NCBI GenBank assembly: GCA_963704165.1
Contig: CAVPHD010000006.1
Span: forward strand, 134,911-198,910
Length of the DNA stretch: 64,000 nt
Direction of reading: 5' to 3'
Source: an uncultured delta proteobacterium
GTDB taxonomy: Bacteria > Myxococcota_A > UBA9160 > SZUA-336
Under the pieces are notes generated by a model, which did no database searches, was not told the DNA's origin, and saw nothing but the letters and a program-made list of their open reading frames with translations. Shown here piece by piece: positions 20,191 through 33,989 of this stretch (its first letter is position 1; each line of letters starts with the position of its first letter). The position numbers were made by a program, and so were the translations under genes.

Positions 20191-21060
20191 CTATTCGCGT
20201 CCCGTCGGAGGTCCGACCGGGGTCGGATCGCGCTCCTCGACGATGTTCTCCATGCGGTGGCGGATCATCGACTTCCACTGCGGGTGCGTGAGGATCCAGA
20301 AGCGCCTCTCGCGAATCGCGTCGAGCACGAGATCGCCGACGGCCCGTGGATCGAGACCGCCCGCGAGCAGCGACTCGACGAGCTTGCGGCGGATCTCCGC
20401 CTCGGGGCTGGTGCGGTTCTGCGGCAGGTGGTGCTTCACGGCCTCGGGCTGATTGCGCCGGGACGATTCGAGGATCTCGGTGTTGATCCAGCCCGGACAC
20501 AGAACCGAAACACCGACGCCCGAAGCTCCCTGCGCGGTGAGCTCGTTGAAGAGCGCCTCGGAGAGCGCGACGACCGCGTGCTTCGTCACGCCGTAGAGCG
20601 CGTTGCCCCCAGCCGAGATCAGTCCGGCCATCGAGGCGGTGTTGACGATCTGTCCCTCGCCCTGCTCGAGCAGGATCGGCGTGAACGTGCGAACGCCGTG
20701 GACGACGCCCATCAGGTTCACGCCGACGATCCACTCCCAGTCGTGGAGCGTGCTCTCCCAGGTCGGCACGCCCCCGTGCGCGACGCCTGCGTTGTTGCAG
20801 ACCACGTGCACGGCGCCGAACGCATCGAGCGCGCGCCGGGCCAGCGCATCGACTTCGTCCTGGCGCGACACGTCGGTCTTCACCGGCAGCACCTCGGCGC
20901 CGGACTTCTCGAGCTCGCGCGCGACCCGCTCGAGCCTTTCGGAATCGACGTCGGCAAGCACGAGCTTCATGCCCGCGGCGGCGAAGCTCTCGGCCATGCC
21001 CCGGCCGATGCCGCTCGCGGCTCCGGTGATCACTGCGACCTTGCCCTCGACTTCCTTCAT
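20191..21060 (-). CDS. SDR-family oxidoreductase
   Basis: TGAASGIG, CNNAGV, YGVTKHAV, LCPGWINT. Confidence 0.9.
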   Translation of the reverse strand: MKEVEGKVAVITGAASGIGRGMAESFAAAGMKLVLADVDSERLERVARELEKSGAEVLPVKTDVSRQDEVDALARRALDAFGAVHVVCNNAGVAHGGVPTWESTLHDWEWIVGVNLMGVVHGVRTFTPILLEQGEGQIVNTASMAGLISAGGNALYGVTKHAVVALSEALFNELTAQGASGVGVSVLCPGWINTEILESSRRNQPEAVKHHLPQNRTSPEAEIRRKLVESLLAGGLDPRAVGDLVLDAIRERRFWILTHPQWKSMIRHRMENIVEERDPTPVGPPTGRE

Positions 21061-21099
21061 CGCGCCCTCCGCTGTCGGTCGATCATGGCATGGCGGGAA

Positions 21100-21544
21100 T
21101 CATCGGGTGCCGTGCCGGTGGCAGTGCAGGCAGGCGCCGGAGACCTCCTCGACCAGGGTGTAGTTCGGCGGTTCGGCGAGCACGCCACGACGCGCGGTCT
21201 CGAGGTCGGTACGGAACATGTCGCGGTGCTCGTCGACCAGGGGGTGGTTGGTGCGAACGCCCTCGCGACCGAGCCGCCGGGTCGCGTCCTCCATGATCAC
21301 GAGCAGGCGCGCGATCTCGTCGCGCTGCTCGGGCCCGACCCCCGCCGGATCGTGAACCAGCGCATCGATGCGGTTCACGTCGCGCGCGAGCTGCCACATG
21401 ACCGACTTCAACTGGTCCTGGGTGATGTAGTCGAAGCTCGGCCCGTAGGTGTACGGGCGCATGAAAGAGCCGACCTTGGCGCACGCGAGCAGGCCCGAGG
21501 CGAGCGCGAGCGCCGTGACCCAAGCCGAGAAGTCTGCGCGGCAT
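21100..21544 (-). CDS. Putative lipoprotein with C-terminal CxxCH (cytochrome c'/class II-like); start frameshifted
   Basis: Extending the ORF in frame gives the lipobox ALALASGLLAC; helical body; ends GACLHCHRH. AAAGGGGGA RBS before ATG 21544. Confidence 0.6.
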
Positions 21545-21579
21545 CCGTCCCCCTTTGCCGCGGACAGTACAATGCCGCG

Positions 21580-23586
<2,007 letters not shown>

Positions 23587-23590
<4 letters not shown>

Positions 23591-23718
23591 GCCGCGTGCG
23601 GCGAGCGTTCGCGGCGCTTCGCGCGTTCATGCGCGGCTTCATCGGCGCGACGCAGCTCGGTGCCGATCCGCGGCGCGCGCTCTGCGAGCACGGAGAGAAG
23701 CGCGGACGCTGCTGCTAG
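23587..23718 (+). CDS. Short YbdD/YjiX-like protein (43 aa)
   Basis: [20 protein letters not shown]...RGRCC; ATGA overlap with cstA, the usual position for this family. Confidence 0.6.
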
Positions 23719-24707
23719 CGCTTCTCGCGCTGCCAGCGTTCGTACAGATCGGCGACCAGACCGTCGATCGGCGCGCGGTGGGTCTCGACGTCGAGGATCT
23801 GCGTCTGTGCGGCGGCCTGTTCGAGCAGGAACGACAGACGCACGCGGCTCGCGTCGTAGAGATACTCGTGCCGGCCGTTCTCTCCACCCGTTCGCTCGGC
23901 GCCCTCGAGCACGGGCAGCGCTCCGCTCGGCGTCTCGATCAGGAGCACGCGGCGGTCGCTCGCCTGCCGGCGCAGGCTCGCGAAATCCCCGTCGAAGGCG
24001 ATGTTTCCCCGATGCAGCATGACGATCCGTCCGGCGAGCTGTTCGAGCTCGTCCATGTCGTGACTCGTGACGAAGACCGTGAGCTCGCGCTCGCGGTTCA
24101 GCTCGCGCACGAAGCGCAGGATGTTCCGGCGAGCGAGCACGTCGAGCCCGAGCGTCGGCTCGTCGAGGAAGAGCACCTCGGGCTCGTGGAGGAGCGCCAT
24201 CGCGAGGTCCGCGCGCATACGCTGTCCGAGCGAGAGCTCGCGCGCGAGCGTGTTCATGAACTCGTCGAGTCCGAGAAGCTCGCGCACGAGACCGAGCATG
24301 CGTTCGTAGCGCTCGCGCGAGATGTTCCAGACGACCCGCTTCCAATCGAAGCTCGCGGCCACCGGGTGATCCCACCAGAGCTCCGTGCGCTGGCCGAAGA
24401 CGACGCCGATCCGTCCGACGTAGCGGACGCGCTCGCGGACCGGATCCATGCCGAGAACGCGCACTCGCCCCGAGTCCGGAGCGAGCAGGCTCGCGAGCAG
24501 TTTGATCGTCGTGCTCTTTCCCGCGCCGTTCGGCCCCGCGTACGCGACGATCTCGCCGCGGCGCACCGACAGGTCGATCCCGCGCAGGGCCTCGACCTCG
24601 ACCACCGTCGGTCGCACCAGATTGCGCAGGACGTCCGCGACCCGGGCCGAGCGTTGTCGCTGCCGGTAGACCTTCCAGACGCCTTCGAGACTAACGACGG
24701 AATCCAT
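23715..24707 (-). CDS. ABC transporter ATP-binding protein
   Basis: [29 protein letters not shown]. Confidence 0.93.
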   Translation of the reverse strand: MDSVVSLEGVWKVYRQRQRSARVADVLRNLVRPTVVEVEALRGIDLSVRRGEIVAYAGPNGAGKSTTIKLLASLLAPDSGRVRVLGMDPVRERVRYVGRIGVVFGQRTELWWDHPVAASFDWKRVVWNISRERYERMLGLVRELLGLDEFMNTLARELSLGQRMRADLAMALLHEPEVLFLDEPTLGLDVLARRNILRFVRELNRERELTVFVTSHDMDELEQLAGRIVMLHRGNIAFDGDFASLRRQASDRRVLLIETPSGALPVLEGAERTGGENGRHEYLYDASRVRLSFLLEQAAAQTQILDVETHRAPIDGLVADLYERWQREKR

Positions 24708-25548
24708 GAGCCAGATAACGGGACGAGCCCGTGCGTGCGTAGCGTCCGAGTCCCGCGCGAAATACCGTGATCGCGAGCGCGCCGAGAACGAGCGCGGCGA
24801 GCGGCGTGAGCAGCCACGCCGCGCGCGACGGCTCGAGCCCGAGCAGGACGCGGCTCGGGAGCCACGCGAGGAATCCCGCCGGGACCACGGTCAGAAGGCC
24901 CGCCGTGAGCGCGAAGCCGACGCCGTCGAGCGGGAAGGGCTTCAGCTGCTCGAGAAGCTGCATCGTGGAGGAGTTCACCTCTTCGGCGCCGCGCGGCGCG
25001 ACGAACGCGAGGCTCGCCCACAGGTAGGCGAACGCGAGCATGATTCCGGCCGCGGACACGACGTGCAACGCGAAGAGCGCGAGCCAGACCGCGTCGACGG
25101 GGAGCGCGAGCGCGCGCACGGCCCAGACCATCACCGCCGTGCCCGCGATCAGCTGTCCCGATCCCGAAGCCGGACAGAAGCCGTCGCTCGCGATCGTCAT
25201 CCAGAGCGGCTGCGGCATCAAGAGCATGTGGTCGAGCTGACCGCGCCCGATCCTGCGGCTGGGAAAGGCGACGTTCAGACCGAAGCCGAGCTCGAGACTT
25301 CCCCGCACGAGCAGCGCCATGCCGAGCATGAATACGACCTGCTCCTTGCTCCAGACGCCGATCCCGTCGAAGCGCTCGGCGAGCAGGAAGCTCCACGTCA
25401 CGTAGCTCAGTCCGACCAGCAGATCGCCGACGTACCAGGCCGTGCTGGTGCCGAGACCGCGCGCGACCCAGAGCAGATCCATCCGCGCGTACAGCGCCCA
25501 GAGCCGCAGCATCCGGCGCGCGCGTGCGGAAGTCCGATCATCCCCCAT
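24691..25548 (-). CDS. ABC-2 family permease (DUF990-like)
   Basis: Multi-TM; GIGVWS, GQLDHMLLMP, TVVPAGFLAWLP; adjacent to the ATPase. Confidence 0.82.
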   Translation of the reverse strand: MGDDRTSARARRMLRLWALYARMDLLWVARGLGTSTAWYVGDLLVGLSYVTWSFLLAERFDGIGVWSKEQVVFMLGMALLVRGSLELGFGLNVAFPSRRIGRGQLDHMLLMPQPLWMTIASDGFCPASGSGQLIAGTAVMVWAVRALALPVDAVWLALFALHVVSAAGIMLAFAYLWASLAFVAPRGAEEVNSSTMQLLEQLKPFPLDGVGFALTAGLLTVVPAGFLAWLPSRVLLGLEPSRAAWLLTPLAALVLGALAITVFRAGLGRYARTGSSRYLAHGFRR

Positions 25549-26326
25549 AGCCGACCAGCTTCTCGCGATTCGAGTTCCACAACCGCGAGGCGAACAGCCC
25601 GAGCGCGAGCGCCCAGCCGATCTGCAACGCGATCAGCTTCGGCGCACTACCGATTCCGGTGTAGATCGCGAGCGGCGCCCAGGCCACCGAGGCGAACGGC
25701 AGCCATTCGAAAACCGCGCCGAGGTTCCAGGGAAGGAGGACCAGCGGGAAGACCGCGCCCGAGAACACGACCACCACCGCGTTGCGAACCCACTGCACGA
25801 GCCAGACGGGCTGGTTCGACGCCATGGTCACGGCGGTGGCGATGAAGTCGATCGCGAGCCCGACGCAGATCGCGAGCCCGAGGCTCGAAGCGAAGAGGAC
25901 GAGCGCGAGCGCGCTCGCGGGCCGGACGTCGATGTCGAAGTACGAAGCGGCGAAGAGCAGCGGGATCGAGAAGAGCGCGAAGTTCAGAAGCCAGCCCCCG
26001 AGCATCTCGGCGGCGAACTGGGACACGAGCGGCATCGGACGCAGGAAGTGCTTCACGATCGAGCCCTGCCAGAGCGCCTCGCTGATCGTGGTTCGCAGGT
26101 TCAGCTGCTCCGCGAAGACCTCGGCGAGGAGCACGTAGCCGAGCACGGCGTCGAGCGCGATCGGCGACGCTTCCGGACGCGCGCCGAAGACGATCTTCCA
26201 CAGCGCGATCAGCACCGCCACGCGGAGCGCACGAAGCAGGTAGTCGAACAGGAACAGGGGACTGTCCGCCTGCGCGCCCGGGCCCGCGAGCCATGCCGTC
26301 GCTCGCCACTGTCGGAGCGTCTGCAT
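25538..26326 (-). CDS. ABC-2 family permease
   Basis: GSIVKHFLRP, FSGAVFPL, WLPFAS..WAPLAIYTG, C-terminal GYGG. Confidence 0.82.
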   Translation of the reverse strand: MQTLRQWRATAWLAGPGAQADSPLFLFDYLLRALRVAVLIALWKIVFGARPEASPIALDAVLGYVLLAEVFAEQLNLRTTISEALWQGSIVKHFLRPMPLVSQFAAEMLGGWLLNFALFSIPLLFAASYFDIDVRPASALALVLFASSLGLAICVGLAIDFIATAVTMASNQPVWLVQWVRNAVVVVFSGAVFPLVLLPWNLGAVFEWLPFASVAWAPLAIYTGIGSAPKLIALQIGWALALGLFASRLWNSNREKLVGYGG

Positions 26327-26348
26327 CGCCGTTCCTACCGTGGCTTCG

Positions 26349-27521
26349 CTACGACGGCGTCCGGACGTCGGCCCCGCGCACCTCGGCCCATGCCCAGTCG
26401 AGCCAGGGCAGCAGGTCCTCGACGTCGTCGCGCTCGATCGTCGCACCGCACCAGATCCGCAGCCCCGGCGGCGCATCGCGGTAGCTCGCGATGTCGAGCG
26501 CCACGCCCTCCTTCTCGAGCAGCGCGACGAGCTTCTTCACCACGTCCGCGCGCGCGGCCTCGGACTGCGCCTCGAACCAGGGATCGACGATCTTCAGGCA
26601 GACGGAGGTGCAGGAGCGGGTCGTGCGATCGCGCGCGAGGAAGTCGATCCAGCGGGTGCGCGAGACCCAGGCCGCCACCACGGCGAGGTTGCCCTCGCTG
26701 CGAACGACCAGCGCGTCGAGCCCGCCGACCTGCTCGGCCCAGGCGAGGCCGTCGAGCGCGTCCTCGACGCAGAGCATGGAGGGTGTGTTGATGGTCGCGC
26801 CGGCGAAGAGCTCTTCGTCGAGCTTCCCGTTCTTCGTCAGCCGGAAGATCTTCGGGAGCGGCCGTGGCGGGGTGTAGCTCTCGAGGCGCGCGACCGCGCG
26901 CGGCGAGAGCGCAAGCATGCCGTGCGCGGCTTCGCCGCCGAGCACCTTCTGCCAGCTCCAGGTCACGACGTCGAGCTTTTCCCAGGGGAGCTTCATCGCG
27001 AACACGGCCGAGGTCGCGTCGCAGAGCACGAGCCCCGGGTGCGTCGCCGGGATCCAGCCATCGTCGGGCACGCGCACACCGGAGGTCGTGCCGTTCCAGG
27101 TGAAGACCACGTCGCGCTCGAAGTCGACCTGCGACAGGTCCGGAAGCTCGCCGTACGGCGCCGAGTGCACGCGCGCGTCGAGTCCGAGCTGCTTCGTGGC
27201 GTCCGTCACCCACTCCTGGCCGAAGCTCTCCCACGCCAGAACCTCGACGGGGCGCGGGCCGAGAAGTGACCACATCGCCATCTCGACCGCGCCCGTGTCG
27301 GACGCCGGGACGATCGCCAGCCGGTAGTCCGCGGGCATGCCGAGCAGGCGGTGACTGCGGTCGATCACGGCCTTGAGCCGCTCCTTCGGCAGCTTCGCGC
27401 GGTGCGAGCGCCCGAGCATCGCGCCCTTCAGCGCGTCGAGACTCCAGCCGGGGCGCTTCACGCACGGACCGGAAGAGAACTCGGGACGATTCGGGCGATC
27501 GCTCGGCTTCGTTTGGGGCAT
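26349..27521 (-). CDS. serC: Phosphoserine aminotransferase (Methanosarcina-type SerC)
   Basis: [57 protein letters not shown]. Confidence 0.93.
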   Translation of the reverse strand: MPQTKPSDRPNRPEFSSGPCVKRPGWSLDALKGAMLGRSHRAKLPKERLKAVIDRSHRLLGMPADYRLAIVPASDTGAVEMAMWSLLGPRPVEVLAWESFGQEWVTDATKQLGLDARVHSAPYGELPDLSQVDFERDVVFTWNGTTSGVRVPDDGWIPATHPGLVLCDATSAVFAMKLPWEKLDVVTWSWQKVLGGEAAHGMLALSPRAVARLESYTPPRPLPKIFRLTKNGKLDEELFAGATINTPSMLCVEDALDGLAWAEQVGGLDALVVRSEGNLAVVAAWVSRTRWIDFLARDRTTRSCTSVCLKIVDPWFEAQSEAARADVVKKLVALLEKEGVALDIASYRDAPPGLRIWCGATIERDDVEDLLPWLDWAWAEVRGADVRTPS

Positions 27522-27607
27522 CGTGGCCGCAGGCTACTGATTCGACCGGGGGCGCGCATCTGTGCTACTAGACGGCCGCCCGCAACCGGGAAGAGGGAGC
27601 CCGTCCG

Positions 27608-30067
<2,460 letters not shown>

Positions 30068-30224
30068 GGCTCGCGTCGGCAAGCCAGCGAAGCAGTGCAT
30101 GCTATGGTGAGAGGTCTCCGAGACTCGAGAGCTCGCCCGGATGACGGGCCGGGTTTCGAGGGCGGATCAGAACCCCAGGGAGTTCTCAGCGAGAGACGGC
30201 CACTGAAGGAGACAGGTCACCCGA

Positions 30225-31577
30225 GTGATGGGTCCTCGTCGAACTCCCATATCTCTACCAGGCGCAATTCTCTGCGCGTGGCTGGCCCAACATGACTTCG
30301 CCCTGGCCCAGAGTGCCAACACCCCGCAGATCCTGTACGGCACCCCAACGGAATCGATGCTGGAAGGCACCCGCTACTACGCGCCGGCCTTCAATTCGGA
30401 TCTCAGTTACGCCAATGCATTCGAGGAGCGCGCCGTCCTGGCTCCTACGGCTTTCTCTCTGACTGATCTCTTCTGCGCGTATCAGGGCGACTGGACCAAC
30501 GACTTCGGGGAACCCGGGGCCTCGGCATCATTCACGGTGATGAAGAACGGCTCCGAAACTTCTCTTTCGGCATCGATCACCGGAACGACGGAAGCCGATC
30601 GAAACTGCACGCCCTTCCCGAGCTCGGCCTCGGTTTCGTTTCAAGAAGGTGACCTGATCGCTCTGCGTGTGGTGTCGAGCAATGCATCCACCGCTCCTCC
30701 AGGACTCTTCAAGTGGAGCATGAAATTGATCCCTGAGACCGCGGGAGAGCGGGTGCTCATGACCACTTACGAACAACGGGACTCCGCGACGAAGTATGCG
30801 TCGTTGGCCTCGGAATCGAGTTATGTTCTCTTCACCAGCACCGAGCTCGGGGCCAGGGTGCTCTTCCCGATGCCAGGAACGTTCACCCGGGCGGTCTGTC
30901 AGAGCTCGGTTGGCTTCTCAGGTGCCGACGTCAGAGATCTCGACTTGCTGTTCAACGGATCCGTTCTTCCCGGCAATCCGTTGCGGTGCACCTTGAACGC
31001 CACGAACGCGACGGACGCAAATGCCGTGACGGGAACTCTCCCTGTAGACATCGGTGACGGAGTGACGCTGCGGGATTCGGTGGGTGGCGGAGCACCAGGG
31101 GGCGGCTATCTGAGAGTCTCGTTCGTGTTCAGGCCCACCGATCCCTCACTCTGGCCGATCTTCGGCTCGACTGACACCTCGGTGACAGAGCTGCGATACA
31201 TGGGTCCCGGGTATCAACTGGTCAATGTCGCGCCTTACAACGCCACGACTTTTCAACATCATCCGGGCGTGCGTTTTCGCGCTCTGCATGTCGCCTTTCA
31301 GAATGCGCCGGGAGCTGGCGGGCATTGGACTCCGGGGCTGCGTTACCACGAAACGACGGGGACGGATGTTTTCGAGGTTGCGTCATGCGAGATCGCTGGA
31401 TCGAATACGGCGTGCTCGCTCACCGGCGATTTCAACAGTGAAGTGGATCGGTGGTACGACGTTCGACTGGTGCCGCAGGATTCGCCGGCGGCGACCGGCG
31501 CAATCCGTTGGGGAATCGCGGCCTCCGCAGACGGCGGAGATCCATTTCCGAGCGCCGTTCCGCTCGTGCCGTACTGA
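30225..31577 (+). CDS. Hypothetical secreted protein with three beta-rich repeats; atypical codon usage
   Basis: Uninterrupted 450-aa ORF, signal-like N-terminus (...FALA/Q), Ser/Thr/Gly-rich, visibly lower GC than the flanks. Confidence 0.75.
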   Translation: MMGPRRTPISLPGAILCAWLAQHDFALAQSANTPQILYGTPTESMLEGTRYYAPAFNSDLSYANAFEERAVLAPTAFSLTDLFCAYQGDWTNDFGEPGASASFTVMKNGSETSLSASITGTTEADRNCTPFPSSASVSFQEGDLIALRVVSSNASTAPPGLFKWSMKLIPETAGERVLMTTYEQRDSATKYASLASESSYVLFTSTELGARVLFPMPGTFTRAVCQSSVGFSGADVRDLDLLFNGSVLPGNPLRCTLNATNATDANAVTGTLPVDIGDGVTLRDSVGGGAPGGGYLRVSFVFRPTDPSLWPIFGSTDTSVTELRYMGPGYQLVNVAPYNATTFQHHPGVRFRALHVAFQNAPGAGGHWTPGLRYHETTGTDVFEVASCEIAGSNTACSLTGDFNSEVDRWYDVRLVPQDSPAATGAIRWGIAASADGGDPFPSAVPLVPY

Positions 31578-31716
31578 GCGATCTCTCGCGGCGGTCGAAG
31601 AAGTGACCTGCGCCTCCTGCGGCGTGCGGCGTCGGGCCCTTCGCGGTGCCCGTCGCATCGGGATCGGGAACTTCGCCCGCTTCCTCGGAACACCTCATGC
31701 CCGCTAGAATCGCGGC

Positions 31717-32376
31717 GTGCCGGAGACACTCGACGCGCGTCTGATCGCCGAGATCACGATTCGCACGCTCGGCGTCTGTCTCGCCGCGCTCGCGCTCGCG
31801 CTCGCGATCGGCGTGCCGATCGGTGTCTGGCTCGGCGCGAGGCGCTTTCCCGGACGCTCGGCGATCGTCGCGCTGGTCAACTCCGGGATGGGCGCGCCGC
31901 CCGTCGTGGTGGGTCTGATCGTCGCGCTCCTGCTCTGGCGAAGCGGTCCACTCGGGGCGTTCGGGCTGATGTATTCGCGGCCAGCGATGATCCTCGCGCA
32001 GCTCTTGATCGCGCTGCCGCTCGTGGTCGGAATCACGCTCGCCTCCGTCGGCGCGCTCGACGAGGACTGGGCGCTCCAGGTCCGAGCGCTCGGCGTGCCG
32101 AGGCGCTATCGCGCCTGGCTGCTCTTGCGCGAGATCCGGATGGGGCTCGTCGCCGCCGTGATCGTCGCGCTCGGCGGGATCCTCTCCGAAGTCGGCGCGG
32201 TGATGATGGTCGGCGGAAACCTCGACGGCGAGACACGCGTTCTCACCACCGCGATCCTGATGTACACGCAGATGGGTCGCTTCGAGACGGCACTCGCGCT
32301 CGCGGGCGTGCTTCTCGGGCTGATGCTCACGCTTGCGGGGTTGCTGACCTGGATCCAGCAGGGAGAGCGGCGATGA
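31717..32376 (+). CDS. tupB: Tungstate ABC transporter permease
   Basis: NSGMGAPPVVVGL, SEVGAVMMVGGNLDGETRVLTTAI. Confidence 0.88.
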   Translation: MPETLDARLIAEITIRTLGVCLAALALALAIGVPIGVWLGARRFPGRSAIVALVNSGMGAPPVVVGLIVALLLWRSGPLGAFGLMYSRPAMILAQLLIALPLVVGITLASVGALDEDWALQVRALGVPRRYRAWLLLREIRMGLVAAVIVALGGILSEVGAVMMVGGNLDGETRVLTTAILMYTQMGRFETALALAGVLLGLMLTLAGLLTWIQQGERR

Positions 32377-33419
32377 GCGGCCGGGCCATCGTGCGGGCGC
32401 GCGACCTGATCGTCCTGCGGTCGTCGCGCACGTCCCGCTTCGAGCTTCGGGTTCCGGCGCTCGAGCTTCGCGCGGGCGAGGTGCTCTGCGTGCTCGGTCC
32501 CAATGGCTCGGGCAAGAGCACGCTGCTGCGGGCGCTCGCGGGCCTCGAGCGACCGGCCTCGGGCGTGCTCGAGTCCGGGCCCGAGTGCGTGACGATGGTC
32601 TTTCAGCGCCCGGCGGCGTTCGCGGGAACGGTCCGACACAACCTGCGCGCGGCGCTCTACGGTTCGGGCCTTGCTCGCGCCGAGCGCGAGGTGCGGATCG
32701 AGCGGGCGCTGGCCCGCTTCGGCATCGCGTCGCTCGCCACCCGACGCGCGGCCGCGCTCTCCGGTGGTGAGCTCCGGCGACTGGCGCTCGCCCGTGCCTT
32801 CGCGCTCGAGCCGCGCGCGCTCCTCCTCGACGAGCCGTTCGATGATCTCGACGCCACCGCCCAGGAAGCGCTCTCGTTCGACCTGCGCCGCGCGGTGACC
32901 GAGACGGGCGTCGGCGTCGCCCTCGTCACCCACGACCTGCGCCGCGCCGTGATGATCTCGGATCGCCTCGCCATCCTGCACGGCGGCGCCCTCCGGCAGA
33001 TCGACTCGACGTCGGAGGTGCTCGCGCGGCCGGCGACCGAGGCGGTCGCGCGGCTCGTCGGCATGACGAATCTCGTGCCCGGAGTCGTCTCGAGCGACGG
33101 TTGCAGCGTCGTCGTCGACGCCGAGCACCGGCTCTCGGCGGCCCCTGCCCTTCCCGCGGGAACGCGGGTCTTCGCCGGACTGCGACCCGAGCGGCTGAAG
33201 CTCGACGTCGGCCGCGGCGAGACCGAGCCGATCGGCAAGGGCAAAGTGCTGCGCGTGGTCTCCGACGGACTTCTGTGTACGGTCTCGATCGAGTGGGCCG
33301 GCCACGAACTGCGCACGCACCTCGTCGCCGGGCGCGGCCTCGCGAAGACGCTCGCGCCCGGAGACACCGTCCTCCTGTCGGCGCAGGCGAGCGACGTGCA
33401 CGTGATCGCGCGCGATTGA
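32373..33419 (+). CDS. tupC: Tungstate ABC transporter ATP-binding protein with TOBE-like C-terminus
   Basis: GPNGSGKST, LSGGE, LLLDEP; ATGA-coupled to tupB. Confidence 0.8.
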   Translation: MSGRAIVRARDLIVLRSSRTSRFELRVPALELRAGEVLCVLGPNGSGKSTLLRALAGLERPASGVLESGPECVTMVFQRPAAFAGTVRHNLRAALYGSGLARAEREVRIERALARFGIASLATRRAAALSGGELRRLALARAFALEPRALLLDEPFDDLDATAQEALSFDLRRAVTETGVGVALVTHDLRRAVMISDRLAILHGGALRQIDSTSEVLARPATEAVARLVGMTNLVPGVVSSDGCSVVVDAEHRLSAAPALPAGTRVFAGLRPERLKLDVGRGETEPIGKGKVLRVVSDGLLCTVSIEWAGHELRTHLVAGRGLAKTLAPGDTVLLSAQASDVHVIARD

Positions 33420-33989
33420 CTACTTGTACTTGACGGAGCACCCGTAGGGTTTGGTCGTCGTCGGATCGGGATCGCCACCCGCGAGAAGCGCGCGCACCGC
33501 GCCCTCGACGTAGTTCGCTGGCGCCGCGACCTTGCCGTACGGATCGTCGTCGATCGCGCCGCTGTAGCGGAGCACGCCTGCGGCGTCGATCACGAACAGG
33601 TGCGGAGTGGTGCGCGCGCCGTAGGCGTGCCCGAGCGTCCCCTCGGGATCCTGAAGCGTCGCGTAGCCGAACCCCTGCTCGGCCTTCCACGCCCTCGAGT
33701 CCTCGGGGGTGTTCGAATGCGTCGAGTTCACCGCAAGCCAGACGACGTTCGACGCGCCGAGCGTCGCCGCGAGCTTCTCCATCGTGTCGGCCGAGTAGTG
33801 GCGTCCCACGTAGGGGCAGTCCGGGTTGGTCCACTCGAGCACCACGGCCTGACCTCGGTATTTCGCGAGCTCGTGCGCGGCCCCCGTCTCGTCGAGAATC
33901 GTGAAGTCGGGGGCGGGCTTGCCCACCTCGACCGGCGCAGGAGAAGCGGCGAGGACGAGTGCGAGAACGGCGACACCAAAATGGATCAT
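33420..33989 (-). CDS. Exported redoxin (AhpC/TSA, PRX-like) protein
   Basis: Signal peptide; GKPAPDF, EWTNPDCPYV, YGARTTPH, PYGCSVKY. Confidence 0.88.
   Translation of the reverse strand: MIHFGVAVLALVLAASPAPVEVGKPAPDFTILDETGAAHELAKYRGQAVVLEWTNPDCPYVGRHYSADTMEKLAATLGASNVVWLAVNSTHSNTPEDSRAWKAEQGFGYATLQDPEGTLGHAYGARTTPHLFVIDAAGVLRYSGAIDDDPYGKVAAPANYVEGAVRALLAGGDPDPTTTKPYGCSVKYK

Noticed and set aside
23707..23760. Selenocysteine recoding in the YbdD-like peptide
   Set aside because: The terminal codons are TGC TGC TAG, with no in-frame TGA.
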